Both the position numbers and the translations under genes were made by a program. A stretch of 48,710 nt of DNA from Octopus bimaculoides. Taxonomy: Eukaryota. A model generated the notes under the pieces. That model was given only the letters and a program-made list of their open reading frames with translations, was not told where the DNA came from and did not search any database. Of this stretch, positions 35,354 through 47,728 are shown piece by piece. The stretch is taken from NCBI RefSeq assembly GCF_001194135.2, contig NC_069000.1, forward strand, positions 24,433,972 to 24,482,681. Direction: 5' to 3'. The first letter of the stretch is position 1. Each line of letters starts with the position of its first letter.

Positions 35354-37434
35354 TGTGGAGATGAAGGAGAGGCTACAACAATTGCCAGGCGGCAAAAAAA
35401 TGGCGATGAGCAAGCTCATCGTTCAAGCCCGCATGTTGACACAAATTACCAGGCAGAAAGTAGTGGTGATGGCGGTTGCGGAAGCCTGCGACACTGCGCG
35501 ACAGCCAGTGAAAGACGAAAAGAAACCTGCCGTGGAACGACAGTGGTCGTTCACAGGCCGGTGTTTTAAGTGCCAGGGACCGCATATGGCGAGGGACTGC
35601 GCGGAGCCCGGACTCGTTTGCTACCGGTGCAAACAGACTGGGTATTTCGCCCGAAATTGCGACTAGGGAAAAGAACGCGGGAAGTTGCTGTCTCTCAAAC
35701 TTCTCCCACGAACGAGTAGAGGCACTTGTGCAGTCGCTACCCGTAGTTGAGGTCATGGTCGGGGGAAAGACGTTCAAGGCCCTCGTGGATACGAGCTGCA
35801 CGACGTCTCTCGTGACCTCGAGGGTGACAAAGAAACGGAAGGGGACAAGTAGTATTCGAGCGGTCGACAGCAGCGAAATCGAATGTAAGGGTAGCAGCGA
35901 CGTGGAGATATCGGTGCGAGGCACAAAACTGAGGCTGCGGGCGATCGTGATTGACCACGTGGTAGACGGAATTGATGTAGTAATGGAAATGGACGCGATC
36001 AACCGCCTTGGAGGTGTCAGTATTGGAGGAGACGTGGTTTCGTGAGAGGGAGCAGAGCTTCGCGAGGGACTGCACTAACTATACCATTGAAGACAAGGAT
36101 TTTCGAGCGGTGTTCGATGGTCAACGGTGAACGATAGAGTGGGACTGGAAAGAGGAGCCCCCGATGCTGTAGAACAGGGTGAGCTGCTACCAGCATACCC
36201 TGAAAGGACATGCTAGGAGTGAGTTTGAAGAAGAGGTAGGGAGGTGGGTTAAGGAAGGTGTCCTTATCCCGTGGAAGGATGAGGTGGTGAGCGGGGTACT
36301 ACCTCTAATGGCAGTGGTGCAGCTAACAAAGGGCAAAGTCAGACCGGTGCTGGACTTTCGGGAGATGAATGGCCATGTATCGTGTCGCACGGGTGGCGAG
36401 GCGACTGACATCTGCGATGAAACGTTGCGCGTATAGAGACAGTTGACTAAGGCAGCTACGATTGTCGACTTGAAGTCGGTAAATTTACAGCTCCATATGA
36501 ACGACAAACAATGGCAATATCAACTGGTCCGATACAAGAGCCAGACATATTGTCTGACTAGGTTGGGTTTCGGGCTGAATTCTGCGCCGAAGATCATGGC
36601 GACAGTGCTCACATCTATCCTGGGAAAAGTGGATAGGGTAAGAAGAGACTGTGGATAGGGTAAGAAGAGACTGTAGTGCCTGTCACAGAAGTTGTGAAAC
36701 ATCTGAAGAAGTTCGGCCAGATTGCGAAGCCACTGGAGCCAATGGTTGGAGGAGCTACAATGGGGCTGAAGCTTCAAAGAGACAGAACAGGCGTGCTGGT
36801 GTTTCGGAGGGGGAATGATATCCCGGAGCTGGGTACCAACTTCAGCAGGAGAGAACTGTTCTCGATGTTTGGGAAATTAGTTGCTCACTACTCGGTCGCG
36901 GGGTGGCTGCGTATGGCATGCAGTTAGACCAAGAGACGAGCAAAAGGGGAGAACTGGCTGGAGTGAGAAGGTGGGAGAATGCAGCGTCACGTCTTAGATG
37001 TTCGTAGGATTGTCGCTTCGTCGGATGATGATTGTAGAAAAGAGGAAGAGAACGAGGTTCCCAGCTTAAGAAGATCACAACGTGCAAGGATGGATGGTAG
37101 ATTTCAACAGGGAACGAAATGAGGAGGTGATCTTTGAGATCAGGGGGCGTGTGGGAATGAGCCGGAAGAAGAGGGTCGTGGCGTCAATGGTCAAGGGGCT
37201 GATCGGAAGAAGAAGCGCAAGAGGGGAAGGAAGTGGGGGAAGAGGGGTGAGCGTCGGCCTCTTTTGCCCCGTCGGAGGCATCATGGACGGACGTTAGTGA
37301 ATTCGCTCCAGGGTTTGGTCATATAACAGTTGCTTATACTGGGTGACAGGGGTAGGGCAGGATCGTCGGAGAGATTGCTGCTAGACAGGCGTCGACGAGA
37401 AGAAGGTAGGTGAACCTCTTTTTATTTCCCCACG
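35354..37434 (+). mobile_element. 5'-truncated degenerate Ty3/Gypsy-type LTR retrotransposon (gag zinc knuckles, protease, RT, RNase H remnant, 3' LTR)
   Basis: CFKCQGPHMARDC and CYRCKQTGYFARNC knuckles; ALVDTS protease; VRPVLDFREMN and RLGFGLNSAPKIM RT motifs; GC-rich relative to flanks. Confidence 0.92.
37150..37434 (+). repeat. 3' LTR of the Gypsy element
   Basis: Preceded by the purine tract agggggcg; starts TGTGGGAA and ends TTCCCCAC(g), a short terminal inverted repeat; no 5' LTR in window. Confidence 0.7.
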
Positions 37435-37502
37435 CACTGATTTTTGCTCCATTTCATATCGAGATGTCAGATGCAAACGGACAATGTGATCGAAGACAAA
37501 AA

Positions 37503-37567
37503 TGGGTAAATAGTGTATATGACATATTTCGGGGGTTGTTGCCCATTCTTCAGCACTCATCTAACCC
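37503..37567 (-). ncRNA. Diverged second copy of the 38.6-kb hammerhead motif
   Basis: Reverse complement gagtgCTGAAGAatgggcaacaacccccGAAAtatgtcataTAcact; helix I partly decayed. Confidence 0.6.
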
Positions 37568-38397
37568 ACTGTTTCCACCGAACACATTGCTTATATAGCC
37601 ACCGCATATAGCGGTTTAGAGTGAGTTATCAGACTAGTCACCAATTTTTGCTGAGGAAATCCAATTGGTCTAGGTGATAACCCCACTAAAATAAACATCA
37701 AAAACGAAAGGAGTAAAGTAACAGTTTTCCAAGTTTAACTCAGTATTTATTGAACAGGAAAGGTATGAAATTTAAGAAAACGATTTGTTAGACAATACAT
37801 GTCTGTGAGGAGGCATAGACAAGGATAGCAAAAAACTCTTATACAAAAGAGCTGGTCATACAAAATGTTCTATAACAAGAGCAAAAGGTTGCTGCATAAT
37901 TCGACACGAATGCTAAATGACATTAAACTAACTTTAATGTCCATGAAGGTTTCTGAAAGGATGTTAAAAGTAATGTTAGCTTAATGAAATTAACGTGTGC
38001 GAGAAGTTATCATACAGTAGTAAGTTGTTGGCAACAAAGATGCAATAGAGTTGTAGTGGCGTAGATGGCGAAAACAGCATTGTGTCGTGAGTCAGCGATT
38101 CCTGGTGACAATTCAGGCTGGACTGCTTTCGGAGCAAATTATGATCCTTTTTTTTTTAAGTAAATGGTAGGCTCCACGATATGTGCAAAGATTATCCCGC
38201 CAAAATAACATGAGATCCATTTTAGTGGGTCTGATTGGTTTACGGAGTAATTTGTGTGCAATTGTTTCAGGGACAATTTTGCGCCTAAAAACTAACCAGT
38301 CAGAGCAATGGTTACAACTGCCCTTTGAAGCCAAATGTTTTCTGCTACGTTCGCACGAAAACTATAAATATAAGGGAGAGAGAAAAGATTAAAGATT

Positions 38398-38690
38398 TGT
38401 AGAGACGTGGTACTTCGTTATGCAAACACAATATACTATAATGTATACGAAATGTTTTCTTAAGTTAGTACCACGTTCCGTTGCGTCAATAGTGCTCTTT
38501 ACATTATTTTGTTAAGGCTATTTCTATGTAAGCAATGCGTTCAGAGACAATAGTGGGTTAGATGAGTGCTGAAGAAGGGACAACAACCCTCGAAATATGG
38601 CATATACACTCATTAACCACTTTTGTCTTCGATTACATTGTCTGTTTACATCTGACATTTCGATACGAAACGTTGTAGCAAAAATCAGTG
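38398..38690 (+). repeat. Unclassified ~290-bp structured repeat; part A also at 35240-35353 (direct), part B also at 37435-37600 (inverted)
   Basis: Direct visual alignment of the three segments. Confidence 0.85.
38556..38618 (+). ncRNA. Type I hammerhead ribozyme motif in an unclassified structured repeat
   Basis: Helix I ggtta(g)atgagtg / cactcattaacc; core CTGAAGA; helix II aggg...ccctc; GAAA; helix III TATG-g-CATA; predicted AUA cleavage after 38606. Confidence 0.78.
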
Positions 38691-40405
38691 CTGGCGAGAA
38701 ATTCTATAGAATATCTGTAGAAATAACCTTAACTTTCTTTTACTGTTGAGTGCTCTCCCTTTTTTTCAGTGACCTCCCTTTTTAAGCGTCTCGTTTCATG
38801 CCAATATTTCGTTACCAGTGCACACATGAATAATTTCTTGCTTTCAAAAATATAGTACTTAGATTTAGTGTGCGCATACTTTAGTCACAGAAAAACTGTG
38901 CAACGTTAGATTTCTGCGCACACTGTAAGAAAAATATATCTTGGTATGGTGCCATTCTCCTCTCTCTTTAAGATGGTGGGTTGGCCTTTTTTAAAGCTGA
39001 GGTTGACTTTGCCGTTCATCCTTTTGGGATTAATAAAATAAAAAAAAAACTATTGAAGTACTGGGATCATGGCATCAGCGAACTCCGTCCCTTAAAATCA
39101 TTGGCCTTATCCCTAAATCAGAAACTATTATTTAAAGGCGGCTAGCTGGCAGAATTATAAGCATGTCGAACAAAAATGTTTAACGGCATTTCTTCAGGGT
39201 CAACTTAAGGATTTATGGAAACCACTAAGCTCCTCCCACCTAATTGGTCTCCTTGCACTTAGGTTAGAAACATCTGTTTTTGTTGTGAATGGTGGATTAG
39301 CAGAATCAGGGTGTCAGACAAAATGCATTGCAGTATTTGTTCCACATTTTTACTTTCTGAATTTAAATCATCTCTGGGCTAGTAAAAAAGTACCTGACAA
39401 GTATGGAGGATGGATAGGTAGGTAGGGTGGGGTGATTTCATTGACTAACTTCCCCCAACAACTTGATGGCCTAGTGCCTATGTTGGAAATTACTAACAAT
39501 AATAGCTTCAAATTTTGGGCCCGAGGCCAGTAATTTTAGGGTGAGAGGTAAGTCAATTACATCAACCCCAGTGATCATCTAGTACTTATTTTATCCACCC
39601 TAAAAGTATGAAAGGAAAAGTCAATCCTAATGGCATTAAAATTCAGAGTGTAAAGTTGGAAAAAAAAAGTTGCTTAAGCATCTTTCCCAACATGGAAATG
39701 AATCAGCCAGCTCACTGCCTTGAAATTTCTAAAATAATGACATCAAACCATAAACTTCACAAGGTTTCTTTTCTTTCCCTAGTTTTTTTAATATTGTCAT
39801 GTGCTTTCCACACATGCCCAACACTACAACACCTGCATAATTATTGATGTGTTTTAGACAAATAAGTTCAGTTTTTAAATGTTATCTTTTAGTTAGATGA
39901 AAAGGTAGGGTCCATGATCTGTTATAGGGCCTCTAGAAGGGAAAGTAGCCTCAAACCACAGATCTGACCTGAATGCATGCAATAGAATAGGTTCCACTAA
40001 AGGCAGCCCAAGTGCCAAATGCATGGTAGAGTTAAACCAGACAAAGGATTAAGTCTACCACCTAAACAGACCATGGAGAAATTTGAACACGGAATACAAA
40101 AACTGGAATAAAATACAGCAAGGCATCAGATCTGTCAATCTACTACCTTGAATTGGTATTTATTTTATTGATCAGAAAGGATGAAAAGTAATGATAACCT
40201 CAGGGAGGTTTGAACTCTGAGCATTGACAGTGAGAACAAATGTCACAAAGCATTTTGTCTGATGCTCTAATGACTCTGCCAATCTGCAAATCTTACAACA
40301 AACAAGTTACTTTCAATACTTTTGCTTTATTTCTTCCCTGGCAATATATAAACAAGTTAAAGTGACAAGGTAGCAGAATCATTAGCATGCTGGGCAAAAT
40401 GATTG

Positions 40406-40658
40406 GCAATGACAAATGACTGAGACTTTTGGTGATATGCCATACTTGAGAAGACCCGTCAAGCCAAGTGAAATTGTAGTCATGGCTGATGCTGGAGTCA
40501 TGTAACTGGCAGCCATGCCAGTGGCACGTAGAAAGCACCCATTACATTCTTGGGGTGGTTGGCATTAGGAAGGGCATCCAGCTGTAGAAACCTTGTCAGA
40601 TCAGATTGGAACTTAGTGTAGCTCTACAGCTTACCAGTTTCAGTCAAACCCATGCGAG
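40406..40658 (+). repeat. ~250-bp retroposon fragment nearly identical to 45019-45271
   Basis: One mismatch seen (gtagctctac vs gtagccctac). Confidence 0.9.
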
Positions 40659-40703
40659 CAATGTAATCGATCTAGACCCTTCCCCAAAAGTGCTGGTCTT
40701 GTG

Positions 40704-41050
40704 NNNNNNNNNNNNNNNNNNNNNNNNNNNNNNNNNNNNNNNNNNNNNNNNNNNNNNNNNNNNNNNNNNNNNNNNNNNNNNNNNNNNNNNNNNNNNNNNN
40801 NNNNNNNNNNNNNNNNNNNNNNNNNNNNNNNNNNNNNNNNNNNNNNNNNNNNNNNNNNNNNNNNNNNNNNNNNNNNNNNNNNNNNNNNNNNNNNNNNNNN
40901 NNNNNNNNNNNNNNNNNNNNNNNNNNNNNNNNNNNNNNNNNNNNNNNNNNNNNNNNNNNNNNNNNNNNNNNNNNNNNNNNNNNNNNNNNNNNNNNNNNNN
41001 NNNNNNNNNNNNNNNNNNNNNNNNNNNNNNNNNNNNNNNNNNNNNNNNNN
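40704..41050. other. Assembly gap (largest); others at 11576-11747, 16867-17028, 19481-19490, 30785-30930 and 44919-45018
   Basis: Runs of N. Confidence 1.
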
Positions 41051-41316
41051 TTCAAAGGCTGAAAAAAAAAACTTATGCAGCTAATTGAAACTGACATAAT
41101 TTGCCCTGATCAATTTCACACAGATTTGACACTAAATGCTTTTTTTTTAACTATTTAATTAAACAAATTATGCAATTAAGCAGAATTGACTGTAAAAAGA
41201 AAAAAACATAACTAATGATGAATTAACCTTTTTCTTTTTTTTCAGATTTTTATTCATATTTTTCTTAAGAAAAAAAAACAAAGAACAAATTGAAAAAAAC
41301 AAACAAGATATATAGT

Positions 41317-41356
<40 letters not shown>

Positions 41357-41575
41357 TATATACATATATATAGAGAGAGGTGAGGATAGAGAAAGAGAGG
41401 AAGAGATTGATAGTTAGGATAGGCAAATAGATTAACAGACAGAAATATATATATTTATATATATATATATATGTATGTAATGTATACATACATGAGAGAG
41501 AGGGAGGAGAGAAAAAGATGGGTACAGATAGTTATATATGTAGATATATGAGAGACAGAAAATTAGATAGATAGC

Positions 41576-41617
<42 letters not shown>

Positions 41618-41669
41618 GGGAGAGAAAGAGAGTTTCTGTTAACAATTAGTAATAGAATAGGTAAGTAGC

Positions 41670-41864
41670 TCAAGGATTGAACCAGTCAGTATGTTCACTT
41701 CGTATGGAGTTGATTATATCTTTCTCATGTTGACTCTTGATGCATTCCTCTTCACTGCAGATATTGTGGAAGGCATCTTTGAAATCTATGATTCGGTACT
41801 GTTCTTCTGTGTAAAATGAGTGACTTATTACCTGCTGCAATAGAAGCAAATTCTCTGTTCGTTC
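41670..41864 (-). CDS. NCKIPSD: NCKIPSD homologue, terminal coding exon (ERTENLLLLQQV...DWFNP*)
   Basis: tttttcctactag acceptor, 65 codons ending TGA; parallels LRMEYLSLM...ILNEEE; absent from the ORF track because it has no start codon. Confidence 0.88.
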   Translation of the reverse strand, partial: ERTENLLLLQQVISHSFYTEEQYRIIDFKDAFHNICSEEECIKSQHEKDIINSIRSEHTDWFNP

Positions 41865-43329
41865 CTAGTAGGAAAAATAAATAAATAGAAAGAAACATTA
41901 ACAGTAGTAAATTTTTTTTTTCCATTTAGAGAAGACCATATATTTGTAGAAGAGGAGTATAGTGTCTACACTGACACAAAACTATATATTTGCAGAGGAA
42001 AGCTTATAGTCTTACATTTGAGCATTTTAAAGTGAAGGCGTGTGGCTTAGTAGTTAGGGTGTTTGGCTTACGACTGTAAGGTCATGAGTTTGATTCCTAG
42101 TGGCATGTTGTGTCCGAGAGCAAGATACTTTATTTCATGTTGTTCCAGCCAACTCAGCTGGCAAAAATGATTTGTACCTGTAATTCAAAAGGGTCAGCCT
42201 TGTCATATTCTATGTTATGCTGAATCTCCCTGAGAACTATGTTAAGGTGTTAAGGGTACGTGTGGAGTGCTCAGCCACTTACACATTAACTTCAAAAGTA
42301 GGCTCTTCTGTTGATTGGATCAACTGGAACCCTCGTTGTAGTAACCGATAGAGTGCCATTTTTTTTTTAGCATTTTACTAATTTGATGTCTGCTAAGTCT
42401 CCATCTGCTGCTTCCTTTGTTATTTGATACTCTCTCATCTCTTTCCAATTTACTGCATCATGACCTATGTTATGAAAGAAAACTTTAAATCTGTCCATAG
42501 TCAATCTCAACCCACACTCCCATCCCAACCATCCATACCGCTCTACCTTTCTCTTCTCTTTATCACAAAGCCTAACTTGTGAGGAGCTGTGATTGCACCA
42601 AATATACATTTCTATTTATCCTCCTCTACCTCTCCCTCAGGTCACTCTTTCATTGGCACCTGTCATTCTCTTACCATTACCATGTGATTATCCATCTGTC
42701 ATATTCTTTCTAACCAGTAAACTTTATTCTTTTAGCCTCAACTCCTCTCTTCCAGCTCATTTGTTATTGACATTCATCATGTTCTCTTACTGCTGACATT
42801 CTCTACAACTATCCATCACTCAATCTCTTTCTTCTGAGCAAACATGGACCTCTTTCTCTTTCTCTCTCACATCTTTTGCCATAACTGTTACTCACTACAC
42901 CCTGCTATTTATGTCTCTCCCATTTCTCCTGTCTCTTCTATTCAGTTACCTCCAATCATTGTTTCTCTCTTTATACTCTTGCTTCTTCCTCCATCTCACC
43001 CCAATTCACTTTCCATAATCATCCTTTTCTATATGTTCTACTAGTACTGTTATCTAGGATGAATAGAGACAATGTTGAGAAATGAAGACCCTTTTGTGTA
43101 CAAAATGATTTCGCTAGTGCTAATGCCATGATAAAATGTACTCAGCACATTCTGTAAAGCGGTTGCTGAATGAGTAAAGAAGAGTTAAGGACAACTTAAA
43201 GGGCAGGTGCCACAATAAAATGTAAGTAAGATACTGCAAATCACTTATAGGTGTTAGGAATGCATGCAACTGTAGAAAACATGGCAAAATAAAAAGTATA
43301 AGTGAGATTTGTATGTGATGCTTCTATGA

Positions 43330-43710
43330 AAAGTATGATGCTGGTGGTTGTGAGATGTGGATCTTTAATGCAGGGAATTGAACAGAAATGGGGTGAACAA
43401 GCTCCATATGATGTGTAATATAAGTGTGCATGAACAAAGGAGAATAACAAATAAACTGAGAGAGAAAAATGGATGCAAGAGGAATTGAATGAAGTGTGGA
43501 AGAAAGACTCAACTGGTATAGGCATGTTGTGTGTATAGACAATGCCAGTTGCTTAAAGAAAAATGTTGAGTGGATGGAATCTTTAGAAAAAGGAAGCAAA
43601 GAAAGACAAGGGAGAATGTAGGGAAGACTGAAGAGGTTGAACATCATGAAGGAGATGACAAAAGACTGTGACTAATGGTCAATGCTGTGCTGAAGAGGAC
43701 TCACTTAATC
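43330..43710 (+). mobile_element. Decayed RTE-like LINE 3' fragment
   Basis: Remnant WYxHV and EMTKDxDxW peptides read across frameshifts. Confidence 0.45.
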
Positions 43711-45334
43711 TGTGTCAACATAGAAAAACATATATAAAACACAAGAATGGTAGTAGTGACAGAGGCTGAGATGTATACTATTTAAATTTAGATCTCTCTC
43801 AACCATTATGTCTTCCTATATTACTCTCCCAACTCTCATTCTTCTCTCATCTACCAGTCATAAACACCTTCTCAATCCTTTCACCCTTAATTCAGAACAT
43901 CAATGATGTAACTGTTGGAGAGAGGGCTGTTTAGCACTTGACTGATACTCGTTTCAGCTGAGTAACCTGAAATGAAGTGCTTTACTCAAAGACACAATGT
44001 TACACCTGGTTAAGGAATTGAACCCATAACCTTATGATCATACACCAAGCCACAAGTCTTCACATCACACAAATATGTATGTGCATGTGAATGAAAAATG
44101 TACCAGTAATATACTGGAGGCTGTGTAAACCAACAATATTAGACACCCAATCATATCATACTGCACCATGTCCTGTTGAATTATGAGTCAACAAGGGAGC
44201 CCTTTGTGGTTGTTTCCTCTGACAGAAATACAATCAAATCCCTTTCAAATCACACCCTACACTCTTACAAAACATTAAGATTAATAGAGTTCTTCCTGAA
44301 TTTCCTGCACATAGGAAAAATATGTGATGGTCATAATTGGCATGCATTTATTCATATGGCTGCTTAGAAGTGGACTAAAGCTAAGCAACAACACTAGCAA
44401 CATCAAAGTGCTGCATTGCAAGTTAATGAGCGAGTCCCTTTGTTACTTGATCTGCAAGAAATATCAACTCATTCTCCTTCAAATCATATTCTACTGTCGT
44501 GTAATCTTAGGTTCCCTGTGTATATATAGATGTGTGTGTGTGTGTGTGTAAAACAAAATGGGATGGTCATTCCAATGAGAATGCCTTTGATTATAGGTCT
44601 GCTCAATCAAGACTAACCAGGAACCCAAAGAAAAACAATAGCAACAACATTATAAGTCAATGAAGAGACTCTTTGAAGTCACCCTACCTGCTGAAAATTG
44701 CAGCTTATGAAAACCTATCACGTTAAACAAGAACCAACATAGGATAACTCAAAAAAGATGAAAGAGTCAATAGGTCTGCTTAATCAAGATCAAACTAGGC
44801 TAAATGGCAATAACAACATCAGCAACATCTTGCTGATTGGTTTCTACTTATTTCACCAACATAATGGAGGCAATGACAAATGACTGAGACTTTTGGTGAT
44901 ATGCCATACTTGAGAAGANNNNNNNNNNNNNNNNNNNNNNNNNNNNNNNNNNNNNNNNNNNNNNNNNNNNNNNNNNNNNNNNNNNNNNNNNNNNNNNNNN
45001 NNNNNNNNNNNNNNNNNNGCAATGACAAATGACTGAGACTTTTGGTGATATGCCATACTTGAGAAGACCCGTCAAGCCAAGTGAAATTGTAGTCATGGCT
45101 GATGCTGGAGTCATGTAACTGGCAGCCATGCCAGTGGCACGTAGAAAGCACCCATTACATTCTTGGGGTGGTTGGCATTAGGAAGGGCATCCAGCTGTAG
45201 AAACCTTGTCAGATCAGATTGGAACTTAGTGTAGCCCTACAGCTTACCAGTTTCAGTCAAACCCATGCGAGCGTGGAAAACAGACACTAAATGATGATGA
45301 CGATGATTATAACTTCAAATATGAAAGCCCTTAC

Positions 45335-45507
45335 TTTATCTCCTGGAGGTTTATCAGTGATGTTTCGAAGTACAATGTCTAACATGACTTTAATGTCATT
45401 GGTGTAGTACAATCTGCCTGTTGCTTCACAGCTGAACATGTCTCGTAGAAATTTTACCACTGAGTTACTCTTTGTTCTCACTAAACCTTGTTCCATTAAT
45501 GGATCAA
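45335..45507 (-). CDS. NCKIPSD: NCKIPSD homologue, penultimate coding exon
   Basis: cattatag acceptor, gtaag donor; VDPL...SVVKFLRDMFSCEATGRLYYTNDIKVMLDIVLRNITDKPPGDK matches the SPIN90/Ldb17 C-terminal domain; phase fits both neighbours. Confidence 0.92.
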
Positions 45508-46257
45508 CTATAATGAAACAGAAGAAAACAAACAAATAAATATGATACACAAGTTACATGCATTGATTTCAAATTTTGGCACAATGTCAGAAATTTTGGG
45601 ACATGGAGAAAGTCGATCACATCAACCTCAATGTTCAACTGGTGCTTATTTTATTGATCCTGAAAGGATGAAAGGCAAAGTTGACTTCAGCAGAATTTGA
45701 ACTCAGAATGTGAAGGTAGAAAAAATGCTGTTATACATCTTTCCTCGTGCACTAACATTTCTGTGAGCTCACTGCCTTATACAGTAGTTGCATATATTAT
45801 AAGAGAGGCTGTTGGTGAATTTTATGTTATACAAAGTTATGCTAAAATGGCAATGGTGGTTGGTGGTGGTAGGGTTCATTTAAAACCAAAAACTGTTGTT
45901 AGACTTGTGGTCAAGAAATTCACTTTGCAAACTTTTGTGTTAAATACTGATATTTGTGGTTGAGGCTCAATATCACTGGTATTTGTGGTTGATGCTCTGC
46001 TTAGACATCAATGGATCAATATCTGAAGAGAACATATGGCACATGACTGTTATATTTTGGGTGCAGTTTTGGTAATGTTACTTATGATGTTTCCATAAGA
46101 GATATTTAGAGATTCTGATGCCTAATATAGCAGCACTTTTAAAATGTTTAGGTGTGGGTAGATTTTTGAAATACTTTTATTTCTGGATGGGATACTGTGT
46201 TTTCATTTCCTTTTATGCAAACTGCCAAATTTAGTTTGAACACCCTGTATGAATATA

Positions 46258-47728
46258 CACTGTGAACCGAGATAATAGTCCATGATGCAAATAACTACCC
46301 GAGGGATTTTGAAGAAAATTTACATGATAGTACAGTACACTAATTTTGGTTTGTATACAAAATTTATCATATATAGCTGTCTTAGTTTTCATATTATTTA
46401 GCATACTTGTTTTTCAGGTGTACTGCAATAATAGTCCTGGTATAAGAATTTACAGTTTTGATCACTTATAAGGAGAGAAATACCAACTATTTCAAGAACA
46501 ATTATTTTAAATAACTCATTTGACACAAATGTACCATTGAACAACAAAATACATAAATAACATATTCACAGAAACTTTGATTCTATGATTAGAGTTTGGT
46601 GTGTGAACCACTTTGTTTGATGACCTCACAAATGAGGTTGTTTGTGGATTCAGTCAGTGTTTTGACAGTAGAGGGTAGGACTGCCTTAGCAGAGTCTTGT
46701 ATTGCCTTCCAAAATGTTTGCTTAGATGTGTACTGGTTGCCATTCTGGTAGATCTCACGTTTGACGATGCTCCAGAGGTTCTCAATGGGATTCAAATCTG
46801 GAGAACAGGCTGGCTACTTCATTAAAGTTTCTCCTTTGAATCCTAATGAGGAGAGGACCTCTTTGGTTCTCTTAGCGGCATGTAGTGGAGCCTTACCGTG
46901 CATAAAAATAACCTTGCTAAGCTCGGATAATGGGAACTCATCCAGCCAGTCAGTTAGGACATCCCTAATAAAGTTACAGTATGTGACAGCATTAATCCTC
47001 ACACCTTCTGGCACTTTAAATGGACCAATCATCCTGTCTCCCATGATTCCAGTCCAAAACATGACTCCTCCACCCCCTTGCTGACAGTGCAAATGCATGT
47101 GAGCGGGGTTGTCATAAAACCCTTAGCCCAATTATCAAGGCCCATCTAGCATGGCTCAGCACACATCAGTGAACAAAATATGCTTGACATCAGTCTTCAT
47201 ATACATTCTACCCCATTCTAACTGAGCTTTTTTCTGTTTGGGAGTCAACAGAGGCTTGCATGCAGGTTTCTTCTCCTTTGCAAAACTACCAATTACTTTT
47301 TTTCTGGTTGTTTTGGAGATGTTTTCAATGCCAGTGTCTGCAAATAAAGCTTTACTAGTACATCCAGGATTTTTCAGTAAGCATCGTATGAGAAGGGAAA
47401 TGTCTCGTGCTGTGACTGTTTGAGACTTGCCTTTATCACTGCGCTCATTCTGATACTTGGGACTTTGTAAATATCTGTGAATTGCTTTCACATGATGACC
47501 TAGTTTCTTGGACACTTCATCTGCAGACTTGCCTTTACCTATTTCTTTTATAATCCGGTTCCTCTCATACTCTTTTCCATGCCCCATCTTTTGAAATCAA
47601 TATTAGGAATATTAATTCTGTTCACCCGAAAATACTAGTGTGCTATCATGTATTTTCGTCAAAATCTCTCAGGTAGTTATTTAGAAAATCTAAAAAATCA
47701 TCATGGACTATTATCTCAGTTTGCAGTG
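46258..47728 (-). mobile_element. Full-length Tc1-family DNA transposon with inactivated transposase, in an NCKIPSD intron
   Basis: TIRs CACTG(tga/caa)ac(c/t)gagataatagtccatgatg extending about 90 bp, TA on both sides; ORF pieces 47587-47156, 47098-46814 and 46795-46589 (FTD, GGGGVMFW, SPDLNPIENLW) are broken by TGA and TAG nonsense codons and a frameshift; the second catalytic Asp reads Gly. Confidence 0.95.

Noticed and set aside
35240-38512. Direct repeats 35240-35353 and 38398-38512 as the two LTRs of the Gypsy element
   Set aside because: A better 3' LTR with polypurine tract and TGTGGG/CCCCAC ends lies at 37150-37434, and the direct repeat continues into the hammerhead-bearing repeat; no TSD was found.
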